This document shows, one piece after another, positions 25,798 through 33,757 of a stretch of 64,000 bases of DNA. Each line of letters starts with the position of its first letter. Within the stretch, counting starts at the first letter, position 1. The notes beneath the pieces are model-generated. The model had not been told where the DNA came from and did no database searches. It worked only from the letters and a program-made list of their open reading frames with translations. Where the stretch lies: NCBI GenBank assembly GCA_028287135.1, contig JAQBQE010000008.1, forward strand, positions 3,155 to 67,154, written 5' to 3'. Source of the DNA: Myxococcales bacterium (GTDB taxonomy: Bacteria > Myxococcota_A > Polyangia > Haliangiales > Haliangiaceae). A program made the position numbers and the translations under genes.

Positions 25798-27954
25798 CTA
25801 CCAGATCTTCACGCGCTTGTCGGGCGCGAGATAGAGCGCATCGGTCGGCGCCGGCTTGAACGCGTCGTACCAGCCATCGAGGTTGCGCACGACCGAGGTG
25901 CGGAACTCCGAGGGGCTGTGCGAATCGGTGACCAGGCGGTTCGCGTACTCCTGATCGCGATAGAGCCGGCGCCAGACCTGCGCCCAGCCGAGGAAGAACC
26001 GCTGATCACCGGTCATCCCGTCGATCACCGGCGCCGGCTTGCCACCGAGCGACAGCTTGTAGGCGTTGTACGCGACCGTCAGGCCCGCGAGGTCGGCGAT
26101 GTTCTCGCCGAGCGTCAGCTCGCCCTTCACGCACTGCGCAGGCTTGCCGTCCGCGGCGGGCACCGGGCAGTACGCGTTGTACTGCGCGACCAGCATGTTG
26201 GTCGCGGTCTTGAACTTGTCGGTGTCCGCCTTGGTCCACCAGTTCTTGAGCGCGCCCTTGGCATCGTACTGCGCGCCCTGATCATCGAAGCCGTGGCTGA
26301 TCTCGTGACCGATCACCGCGCCGATGCCACCGTAGTTGACCGCGTCGTCTGCGTTCGCATCGAAGAACGGCGGCTGCAGGATCGCAGCGGGGAACACGAT
26401 CTCGTTGAGGCCCGGGTTGTAGTAGGCGTTGACCGTCATCGGGGTCATCCCCCACTCGTCGCGGTCGACCGGCTTGCCGAGCTTGGCGAGGCGACGGTCG
26501 TACTCGAACGCAGCTGCGCGCGCGTCGTTGCCGACGGGATCGCCGGCGATCACCTCGAGCTTCGAGTAGTCGCGCCAGACCTTCGGGTAGCCGATCTTCG
26601 GGTTGTACGTCGCGAGCTTGTCCTTGGCCTTGGCCTTGGTCTCCGGGCTCATCCACGGCAGCGCGTCGAGACGCTGGCCCATCGACACCAGCAGGTTCTT
26701 GACGAGCTCGTCGGCGCGCGCCTTGGTCGCCGGCGTGAAGTACTTGTTGACGTAGATCTTGCCGACGGCCTCGCCCATGGCGGCGGTGACTTCGTCGACG
26801 CCGCGCTTCCAGCGTTCCTTGTTCTCCGGCGTGCCCGACAGCGTCTTGCCGTACATCTCGAACCGGACGTCGACGAACTTTTTCGGCAGGTACGGCGCCG
26901 TCGCCGTCAGCAGGTGCGCGGTCAGATAGTCCTTCCACACCGCGAGCGGCTGGCTCTTCACGAGCTTCGCGATCCCGGCGATCGCGGGCGGCTGGTTGAC
27001 GTTGAACGAGGTCTCGCTCGCCAGGCCGACGCCCGAGAGCCACAGCTTCCAGTCGACGCCCGGCGCCAGCTTCTGCAGCTGCGCGGTCGTCAGCTTGTTG
27101 TAGGTCGCCTGCGGGTCGCGGTTCTTCACGCGCGTCCAGTGCACCGCCGCGATCTTCTCCTCGAGCGCATAGACCGCCGCCGCCCGCTTGTCGGCATCCG
27201 CCACGCCGGCCATGCCGAGGATCGTCGAGAGGTACTTCTTGTAGCCGTCGCGAACCGCTGCGAACTGCTTGGCCTTCGCGTCGTACATGTCGCGATCGGG
27301 GAGGCCGAGGCCGCCCTGCGCGATGGTCCCGATGTGGCTCTCGGGCTCGCGATCGTCCTGACCGACGATCGTGACGAACGGCGTCGTGCGGAACTTGCGG
27401 GCGTTGTCCGCGAACGCGGCGAGCAGGCCCTGGGTGTCCTTGATCGCGTTGATCCGATCGAGGTCGGGCTGGATCGGCGTCAGGCCCTTCGCCTCGATCG
27501 CGCCGATGTCCATGAAGCTCTGGTAGTAGTCGGCGATCTTCTTGCCCTCGGTGCCAGGTGCGCCCGAGGCGCCGAGGATGATCTCCTTGGTCCGCTCGTC
27601 GCTCTTGTCACTGAGTACGGTGAACATGCCGTAGTTCGACTTGTCGGCCGGGATCGGCGTCGCCTTCAGCCAGCCGCCGTTGGCGTACTGATAGAAGCTC
27701 GCACCGGGCGGCACCTTGGTGTCCATGCCCTCGAGGTCGAAGCCCCAGGCTCCGATCTCCGGCCGGGTCGAGGCAGGCGTCGGGATCGGGGTCGGGGTCG
27801 TCGGGTCGGGCGCACCCGCGGTCGGTTCACCGCCAGGCGGTGGCGCCGAGGTGGTGGTCGTGGGCGCGGACTTCGAGCCGCAGGCCGTCGTGAAGAGGAT
27901 CGCTGCGATCAGATGCTTGGTCACGAGTGGGCTCCGGGGCTGGTTCGAGGCCAC
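25798..27954 (-). CDS. M13 family metallopeptidase (neprilysin/PepO-like), lipoprotein
   Basis: VIGHEISHGFDDQG (HExxH), GENIADLAGL, C-terminal ...PDKRVKIW. Lipobox FTTAC. Confidence 0.9.
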   Translation of the reverse strand: MASNQPRSPLVTKHLIAAILFTTACGSKSAPTTTTSAPPPGGEPTAGAPDPTTPTPIPTPASTRPEIGAWGFDLEGMDTKVPPGASFYQYANGGWLKATPIPADKSNYGMFTVLSDKSDERTKEIILGASGAPGTEGKKIADYYQSFMDIGAIEAKGLTPIQPDLDRINAIKDTQGLLAAFADNARKFRTTPFVTIVGQDDREPESHIGTIAQGGLGLPDRDMYDAKAKQFAAVRDGYKKYLSTILGMAGVADADKRAAAVYALEEKIAAVHWTRVKNRDPQATYNKLTTAQLQKLAPGVDWKLWLSGVGLASETSFNVNQPPAIAGIAKLVKSQPLAVWKDYLTAHLLTATAPYLPKKFVDVRFEMYGKTLSGTPENKERWKRGVDEVTAAMGEAVGKIYVNKYFTPATKARADELVKNLLVSMGQRLDALPWMSPETKAKAKDKLATYNPKIGYPKVWRDYSKLEVIAGDPVGNDARAAAFEYDRRLAKLGKPVDRDEWGMTPMTVNAYYNPGLNEIVFPAAILQPPFFDANADDAVNYGGIGAVIGHEISHGFDDQGAQYDAKGALKNWWTKADTDKFKTATNMLVAQYNAYCPVPAADGKPAQCVKGELTLGENIADLAGLTVAYNAYKLSLGGKPAPVIDGMTGDQRFFLGWAQVWRRLYRDQEYANRLVTDSHSPSEFRTSVVRNLDGWYDAFKPAPTDALYLAPDKRVKIW

Positions 27955-28031
27955 GTGCGTACCAAGTCGCGCACGCGTTGCCTAGTGCGACCTCCCCGCG
28001 ACAGCCCCTGCGCCCCAGGCGCGCGCTCGGG

Positions 28032-28370
28032 CTAGCCCTCGAGCTTCTCGATGATCAGCTCGATGAACTCCTTCGAGCCGAGATCCTTGTACGAGTGCGT
28101 CTCCTCGAACCAGGCCACGACGGGGTCCGCCTGGCCTTCCTTCATCATCTTCGGGACCGAGCCCTTGTTGCTGATCTCGAGGACGCGGCCGAGCACAGCG
28201 TCGGAGTTCGCATGCTCCTTGTACCGCTTCCGCAGCCAGGTGAAGACGAGATAGACGAGGGCGGGATCCGCGTCCTCGACGAGCGCGAACGAATCCGCGG
28301 TGCTCATCGATCCTTCCTCGATGCCTTCGAGGATCCGCAGGGCAGCACGCTGTTCTTGCTCGAACGCCAT
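28032..28370 (-). CDS. hypothetical protein
   Basis: Start MAFEQEQRAALRILEGIEEG (complement of 28368-28370). Good codon bias. No family recognised. Confidence 0.5.
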   Translation of the reverse strand: MAFEQEQRAALRILEGIEEGSMSTADSFALVEDADPALVYLVFTWLRKRYKEHANSDAVLGRVLEISNKGSVPKMMKEGQADPVVAWFEETHSYKDLGSKEFIELIIEKLEG

Positions 28371-28477
28371 GCCGTGGTCTAGCACCGACCCCACGCCAGA
28401 TCCCATCTGCCGGACCACATCCCTGCGTGAAAATCGCCCTGACTGAGGGGTAAGCTACCGAGACAAGACATGCATGG

Positions 28478-28917
28478 GTGTTCCTGGGGGCCCTCGGCTG
28501 CGGGATCAGCGGAGAGCCCCTGAAGGGCGACATCACCATGACCTACGGCAGTAGTTCACCCGAGATGGCGGTCGGGGCGGCCGTCCAGACCCAGGATCAG
28601 CCCGACCAGATGCTGGTCCAGATCGGCAGCGACCACGTCGACTGCGACGAATACCTGGACGTGTTTCTCGACTTCAACGGTCCGGAAGGTCACTTCGTGT
28701 ACTTCAACGTCGACAAGGTGCCGGGCGTCCATGCCCAGACCTCGATCGACGTGAAGAAGACGAACGGTAGCAGCACGTCGATCAACGGGACCATCGGCAT
28801 GGTCACGACGACACGGTCGAGCCGCGGGTGACCGGCAGCCTCACGGTGACCACCACCGACGAGGACGTCGGCGCGATCACGGTCACCGGCACGTTCGACG
28901 TCGTCCGCTGCTTCTAA
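28478..28917 (+). pseudogene. probable decayed lipoprotein gene (frameshift near 28795-28805, truncated signal peptide)
   Basis: The frame of 28478..28831 ends ...SINGTIGMVTTTRSSRG*. The +1 frame continues plausibly as GHDDTVEPRVTGSLTVTTTDEDVGAITVTGTFDVVRCF* (TAA 28915-28917). The lipobox LGALGC sits only 8 residues from the first possible start, with stops just upstream. Confidence 0.4.
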
Positions 28918-29978
28918 CGGTACGGCCCTTCCGAGATCCCGGTGTCGGTCGCGAGCTGCGCGACGAACCGGGTCGCCAGCGCGATCACCTCGGCATCGAG
29001 GACCGCGCCGTCGAACCACACCGTCACATCCGTCTCGCCCGCGATCACCGCGCGGGCCTTGTCGGCCTTGGTCCCCGGGCGCACGAACAGCGGCTCGAGT
29101 AGCGCGAACGGTGGCGGGGACGGATCGCGACTGCGGATCTCGAGATGGCGCAGCGGGGCGGGCGGACGGACCTTCTTGCCGGATGGAATCGCAGGCAGCG
29201 GTCCGCGCACCTCGTCATCGATCGCAGACCACGTCGCCGGCGACACGGTGGCCCGGTTGGCGCGGACCCGCGTGGAGAGCCGGTCGTCTCCGTCGGTCTC
29301 CCGGCGAAGGAATCGAACATCGACGTCGACGCGCTGATGCTCGAGCACCAGCGCCGGTCCCCCGAGCGCGATCCGATCGGCGACCGTCTTGACCCGCGAG
29401 CCGGTCAGCCGCGCCATCGCGGAGCACCGCTCGCTCCAGCGCCCCGTGCCGCCCGCGATCGCACAGATGATCTGGAGGATCTCGACCACCTCGCCTGCCG
29501 TGCAGCGCGCCGGCCCGACGCCACGCGTGGATACCACCCGTCCGTCGCCGACCTCGATCGGCCACGAGCGCTTCACGTTCGGCTGGGACTGATCGAACGG
29601 ATCTCGCTCGCGCAGGGCATGGATCCGCTCGAGCTCGCGGCGGGTATCGGCCTCGATGCGCGCGCGCTGCTCCGCCAGCGAACGCCGGCCGCGCTCGTCG
29701 AGCCACATCCGCGCGACCAGCGGATCGTTGGTCTTGATGAAGTACGCATCATCGACGGCGGGATCACCGATGTCGGTATCGCCAAACGTCCGATCGCCCC
29801 ACTGGATCGAGAGCTCGAAGCCATCGAGCGACGGAACATCGACGAAGATCTCGACGATCGGATCGAGCCGGAGGCGCAGCGAGTGGAACTGGCCGTCGAG
29901 CTGGAGCGGTCCCGTGATCGAGTGGTTCTCGAGACGCAGCCTGGACCCTGGGAATGCCGTCGTGATCTGCTCGAGCAT
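28914..29978 (-). CDS. hypothetical protein
   Basis: Track ORF with good codon bias. Its ATG overlaps the stop of the upstream gene (ATGA at 29976-29980 on the reverse strand). No family recognised. Confidence 0.6.
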   Translation of the reverse strand: MLEQITTAFPGSRLRLENHSITGPLQLDGQFHSLRLRLDPIVEIFVDVPSLDGFELSIQWGDRTFGDTDIGDPAVDDAYFIKTNDPLVARMWLDERGRRSLAEQRARIEADTRRELERIHALRERDPFDQSQPNVKRSWPIEVGDGRVVSTRGVGPARCTAGEVVEILQIICAIAGGTGRWSERCSAMARLTGSRVKTVADRIALGGPALVLEHQRVDVDVRFLRRETDGDDRLSTRVRANRATVSPATWSAIDDEVRGPLPAIPSGKKVRPPAPLRHLEIRSRDPSPPPFALLEPLFVRPGTKADKARAVIAGETDVTVWFDGAVLDAEVIALATRFVAQLATDTGISEGPYR

Positions 29979-30679
29979 CAGCGTGCAGCGACGACGTTGT
30001 CACGAGGCGGCAGCACGCGCTTGATCGTACCGAACACCGCCTCGACGGCGCCCTCCAGGGCGTCGGCACGCAGCCCCGGCAGCCTGGACGCGCGGTACGA
30101 GCGGCTGTCGATCTCGACCCTGGCGCCACCGACGAACACGTGCAGCAGCGCGCCGCGGGTGCCCGACACCGCGACCCGGACCTCGGCCTTGACCACGATC
30201 CGATCGTCCCCGAGCTCGACCGCGGTGTGGACGACCGCGATGTCGAGGTGGTGCAGGTCACCGCGGCGCGGCGCCTCGCGTGCGACCAGCCGGGACAGCG
30301 CGCGCTTGACGGTCGCTGCATTCGCCCGCCGCTCGACCTGGTCGGCCGCGTTCGATTCGTCGACCGCGGATCCGATCACGACCTGTCCGCGCTCGCGATC
30401 GGCTGATCGCGCCGACTCGCGCAGGCGTGGGCACGCGGCCGGCAGACCCGGAACCTCTATGCCGAGGACGGCGTCGAGCACCTGCTGCCTCAACAGGTCG
30501 CTGCCGTCCGTGACCGGCTCGGTCTCGATGCGGCGCGGCCCGCCGTGCGCGTGCGTGACGCCGTTGGCATGGTGGCGAACGCGGTGCCGATGCTCGCCGT
30601 GCTCGCGGCGATCACGATCGCTCCGCTCGTCGGGCTCGCCGCGCTGGTTCACGCGCTCGTGTGATAGAAGGGCCGACAT
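29978..30679 (-). CDS. hypothetical protein with His/Arg/Asp-rich N-terminus
   Basis: Start MSALLSHERV at the complement of 30677-30679 (or a later GTG). Contains DERSDRDRREHGEHRHRVRHHANGVTHAHGG, then a beta-rich domain (DIAVVHTAVELGDDRIVVKAEVRVAVSG). Translationally coupled to 28914..29978. Confidence 0.5.
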   Translation of the reverse strand: MSALLSHERVNQRGEPDERSDRDRREHGEHRHRVRHHANGVTHAHGGPRRIETEPVTDGSDLLRQQVLDAVLGIEVPGLPAACPRLRESARSADRERGQVVIGSAVDESNAADQVERRANAATVKRALSRLVAREAPRRGDLHHLDIAVVHTAVELGDDRIVVKAEVRVAVSGTRGALLHVFVGGARVEIDSRSYRASRLPGLRADALEGAVEAVFGTIKRVLPPRDNVVAAR

Positions 30680-31058
30680 GAGCCAGTCGTCGCAGCGCAA
30701 CATGCTCGGGCAGCCGCTCGAGCCGTGCTCGACCGAGCCGATGACGGGGTTCTTCCGCACCGGGTGCTGCGAGACCGACGAGACCGATCGCGGACGTCAC
30801 GTCGTGTGCGCGCAGATGACCGAGGAGTTCCTTGCGTACTCAGCGGCGCGGGGCAACGACCTGTCGTCGGCGCGACCCGGCTTCGACGGGCTTCGCCCGG
30901 GAGACCGCTGGTGCCTGTGCGCGGCGCGCTGGCAGGAGGCGCTGATGGCGGACGTCGCGCCGCCGGTCTTCCTCGCTGCGACGCACGAGTCGGTGACCGA
31001 GGTCTGTGATCGCGAAGCGCTGCTCGCCCACGCGGTCGATACGCACGCGCTGAACTGA
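30678..31058 (+). CDS. DUF2237 family protein
   Basis: NMLGQPLEPCSTEPMTGFFRTGCCETDETDRGRHVVCAQMTEEFLAYSAARGNDLS...GDRWCLCAARWQEAL...PPVFLAATHE matches the family consensus as I remember it. It is the real tail of the 637-aa track ORF. Confidence 0.85.
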   Translation: MSQSSQRNMLGQPLEPCSTEPMTGFFRTGCCETDETDRGRHVVCAQMTEEFLAYSAARGNDLSSARPGFDGLRPGDRWCLCAARWQEALMADVAPPVFLAATHESVTEVCDREALLAHAVDTHALN

Positions 31059-31176
31059 AGCCGGCTGACGGAAGCGCCGCCAAGACAGGCCTGGAGCCGA
31101 ATCGTGGATCCGCCGCGGGCCGAAACGACTCGGCTTGGCGTCTTGGAGTCTTGGCGGCTCTGAGAACCGGCCTACG

Positions 31177-31356
31177 TCAGCGCGAGAACAGCGCGAACAG
31201 CGTCAGGGCGGCCGCGATCACGACGAACACGGTGAAGAACCAGCTGTTGCTCTTCGACCAGTCGGTCGGTTCGCCGAGGCGACACATCGCGAGTCGCGCG
31301 TGCTCCGCGAGATCGCGCGTCTCGGACTTGGAGAAGTGGAGCCGAGAGACTGACAT
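31177..31356 (-). CDS. small tail-anchored membrane protein (59 aa), not in ORF track
   Basis: My translation of the reverse strand is MSVSRLHFSKSETRDLAEHARLAMCRLGEPTDWSKSNSWFFTVFVVIAAALTLFALFSR*. About 88 percent G/C at third positions. One C-terminal TM. It falls below the 60-aa track cutoff. Confidence 0.45.
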   Translation of the reverse strand: MSVSRLHFSKSETRDLAEHARLAMCRLGEPTDWSKSNSWFFTVFVVIAAALTLFALFSR

Positions 31357-31432
31357 GCCGAAATCATGACGCGGCTGCGACGAGGATCACAACTTTTTCC
31401 GCGAGCGCGCTGAGCACGGTACGCTGAACGCC

Positions 31433-32134
31433 GTGCACCACGCTCTTGTCGTCGTCGTCGTCGTCGTTGCCCTCTTCGGCGGGTGTGAAGGCCCCCGTAC
31501 CCTTGCGCCCGGAGAGGGACGCATGGTCGCTGGAGCCCGCGTCATCGAGGTGCCACGAACCGCAGGGGTTCCCTCCGCACCGGTGATCATCGGGCTCCAC
31601 GGCCTCGGCGGTAGCGCCGAGAATTTTGCGCAGGTGTGGAGCGGTTTCACGCCGGCCGCCGAGATCGACGTGATCGAGGGCTTCGAGGTCGCAGGCGACG
31701 GTCATGCCTGGTTCTCGTGGCCACCGGGCACGTCGGACGAGGAGCTCGTCACTGCGATCGATGCCGCCGAGCGCAAGCTGTGGCCGGTGATCGCAGAGCT
31801 GGCACACGGTCGTCGCGCGATCATCGTCGGCTACTCGCAAGGCGCGATGCTGACGTTCGCGCTCGCCGCGCGTCATCCCGAGGCGATCGCCGGAGCGGTC
31901 GCGATCGCAGGGCGCCTGCCACCGGCGCTGTGGCCTCAGCGCGCTGGTGCACCGATCGATGCGATTCACGGTACGGCCGACCGCGTGATCGACATCGAGG
32001 CCGGCCGCGCCGTGATCGAAGCGTTCCGGGCCGTCGGTGGTCCCGCCGAGATGCACGAGTTTTCCGGGGTCGGGCACACGTTGACCGGGCCGATGCGCGA
32101 CGTGCTGTACGCGCGCGTTGCAGCCAGACTGTGA
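31433..32134 (+). CDS. phospholipase/carboxylesterase-family alpha/beta hydrolase, lipoprotein
   Basis: VIIGLHGLGGSAENF, nucleophile elbow IIVGYSQGAMLTFALA, IHGTADRVI, GVGHTL. Signal peptide with poly-Val and LFGGC. Confidence 0.8.
   Translation: MHHALVVVVVVVALFGGCEGPRTLAPGEGRMVAGARVIEVPRTAGVPSAPVIIGLHGLGGSAENFAQVWSGFTPAAEIDVIEGFEVAGDGHAWFSWPPGTSDEELVTAIDAAERKLWPVIAELAHGRRAIIVGYSQGAMLTFALAARHPEAIAGAVAIAGRLPPALWPQRAGAPIDAIHGTADRVIDIEAGRAVIEAFRAVGGPAEMHEFSGVGHTLTGPMRDVLYARVAARL
31448..31465 (+). repeat. (GTC)6 trinucleotide repeat, codon-aligned, encoding the poly-Val core of a signal peptide
   Basis: gtcgtcgtcgtcgtcgtc, then gtt, in frame with 31433..32134 (VVVVVVV). Confidence 0.9.
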
Positions 32135-32138
32135 TGCG

Positions 32139-32441
32139 ATGGAACCCACACGCGACGAGGTGGATGCGTTGCCCGGCCCGACGATCGTCGAGTTCGGCGC
32201 GTCATGGTGCGGCCATTGCCAGGCTGCGCAACCTCTGCTGGCGAGCGCGCTCGCCGACCATCCGCAGGTCCGTCACCTCAAGATCGAGGACGCGAGCGGC
32301 AAGCGGCTCGGCCGCTCCTATCGCGTGAAGCTGTGGCCGACGATCGTGTTCCTGCGCGACGGTCAGGAGGTCGCGCGGCTCGTGCGTCCCCGCGATCTGG
32401 CCGCTCTGCGAGACGCGCTCGCCCTGATCGATCCGCGCTGA
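32139..32441 (+). CDS. thioredoxin-family protein
   Basis: IVEFGASWCGHCQAAQP (WCGHC active site) and cis-Pro block LWPTIVFLRDG. Start MEPTRDEV, 4 nt after the upstream stop. Confidence 0.8.
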   Translation: MEPTRDEVDALPGPTIVEFGASWCGHCQAAQPLLASALADHPQVRHLKIEDASGKRLGRSYRVKLWPTIVFLRDGQEVARLVRPRDLAALRDALALIDPR

Positions 32442-32473
32442 CTATTTCGGCTCCGCCGTGGTAGACCGCGACG

Positions 32474-32800
32474 ATGAGCGAGCGCCTTGCTGACGACTCC
32501 TCCGTGCCGGTGACGAGGAAGCTGACGCTCAAGGAGCGGCTCTCGTCACACATGGCCGAATACGGGAAGGTCGCGCTTTACACGTATCTCGCGCTGTCGC
32601 TGGCCACGATCGCCGGGTTCTCGATCGCGATCGGGATCGGGGTGTCCCCGTCCAGCGCGAGCGGTGTGTTCGGCGTGATCGGTGCGGGCTGGCTCGCGGC
32701 CAAGGCGACGATGCCGCTGCGGATCCTCGCCACCCTCGGGCTGACCCCGATCGTCGCGAGCGTGCTGCGCCGTCGCAAGGGCACCGAGCCCGCCGAGTAG
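32474..32800 (+). CDS. DUF1279 (FAM210-like) membrane protein
   Basis: LKERLSSHMAEYGKVALYTYLALSLATIAGFSIAIGIGV followed by a second TM. The pattern resembles DUF1279 as I remember it. Confidence 0.6.
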   Translation: MSERLADDSSVPVTRKLTLKERLSSHMAEYGKVALYTYLALSLATIAGFSIAIGIGVSPSSASGVFGVIGAGWLAAKATMPLRILATLGLTPIVASVLRRRKGTEPAE

Positions 32801-32881
32801 CGCGTGCCGGGTGGCGCTCGGTTGCCACCTGATGCCCGGGATCTCCGTTCCCACGCCGGGTGGGTCACGTGTCTACAGGAC

Positions 32882-33664
32882 ATGCGTGCCCATTCCCTGA
32901 TCGCTGTGTCCCTGCTCGCGACCGCCTGCACGACGCTCGGGCCGATGCCCGCGACGACCGGCCTCTCGGCGGTCCCGACCCACCGCCCCGGCGCCGAGGT
33001 CCAGGCGTCGGTGATGCCGGTGTTCTTTCTCAGCGACGCGGCCCACGAGGGCGATGCCGATGCCGCCGCGACGCCTCAGCTGTCGGCGATCCTCGAGCCC
33101 GATCGCCTGTTCGGCAGCAAGGGCCTGATCCTCGGCGCCCGGACCTGGGGCGAGAGCGGAGACAGCCCCCTCGAGCCGATGATCGGCGTGCGCCGGCGCC
33201 TCGATGACACGTTCGCGATCGCCGGCATCGCCTACGGCACGTTCGCGCGGGGCGAGTCCGGTGGCGCGAGCTACTCCGCCACCCGGTTCGGTGGCGAGGC
33301 CGCGATCGACGCCACGATCCTGCCGCTCGGCTATCTCGAGTTTCACGCGCAGGCCACGCTCGCCGCGACCTACCTCGATGCCAGCGGACGGTACTGCGTC
33401 AGCAGCAACGGAGAAGCGACCGATTGCGACCAGTACTCTCGGCTGGTCGACGGCGAGCTCGCCGGCATCTACACCTCGGCGACGGCCGGCGTCTCGCTCG
33501 ATATCGCGCGACGCCCGCACGGCGTCCTCCACGGGATCCGGCTCGCAGCGATGGCTGCGGTCGGCGCGATGCCGCGGATCCGCAACGGGATCCAGTCCGC
33601 GAGCAACGACCACTACCGCTCGTTCGGCCTCTCGCTCACGATCGGACTTGGCAGCGACGATTGA
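32882..33664 (+). CDS. lipoprotein, probable beta-barrel/beta-rich, hypothetical
   Basis: MRAHSLIAVSLLATAC lipobox. Alternating beta pattern. Ends ...SLTIGLGSDD. Confidence 0.6.
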   Translation: MRAHSLIAVSLLATACTTLGPMPATTGLSAVPTHRPGAEVQASVMPVFFLSDAAHEGDADAAATPQLSAILEPDRLFGSKGLILGARTWGESGDSPLEPMIGVRRRLDDTFAIAGIAYGTFARGESGGASYSATRFGGEAAIDATILPLGYLEFHAQATLAATYLDASGRYCVSSNGEATDCDQYSRLVDGELAGIYTSATAGVSLDIARRPHGVLHGIRLAAMAAVGAMPRIRNGIQSASNDHYRSFGLSLTIGLGSDD

Positions 33665-33757
33665 CCGCGGCCGTGCGGGGAGGATTCTCGACGACGGCCG
33701 AGCAACCCGGACGGCCCGGAACCAGCTCTTCTGCTCCCGAGGTGGTATGAGGTCGCC

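Noticed and set aside
25918-28035. 705-aa + strand ORF opposite the M13 peptidase
   Set aside because: A shadow ORF. The reverse strand carries the HExxH and other M13 signatures.
29978-30679. Asp23/Gls24 (alkaline shock protein) assignment
   Set aside because: There is only a vague compositional resemblance (Val-rich beta segments). The order of conserved blocks does not match the family as I remember it.
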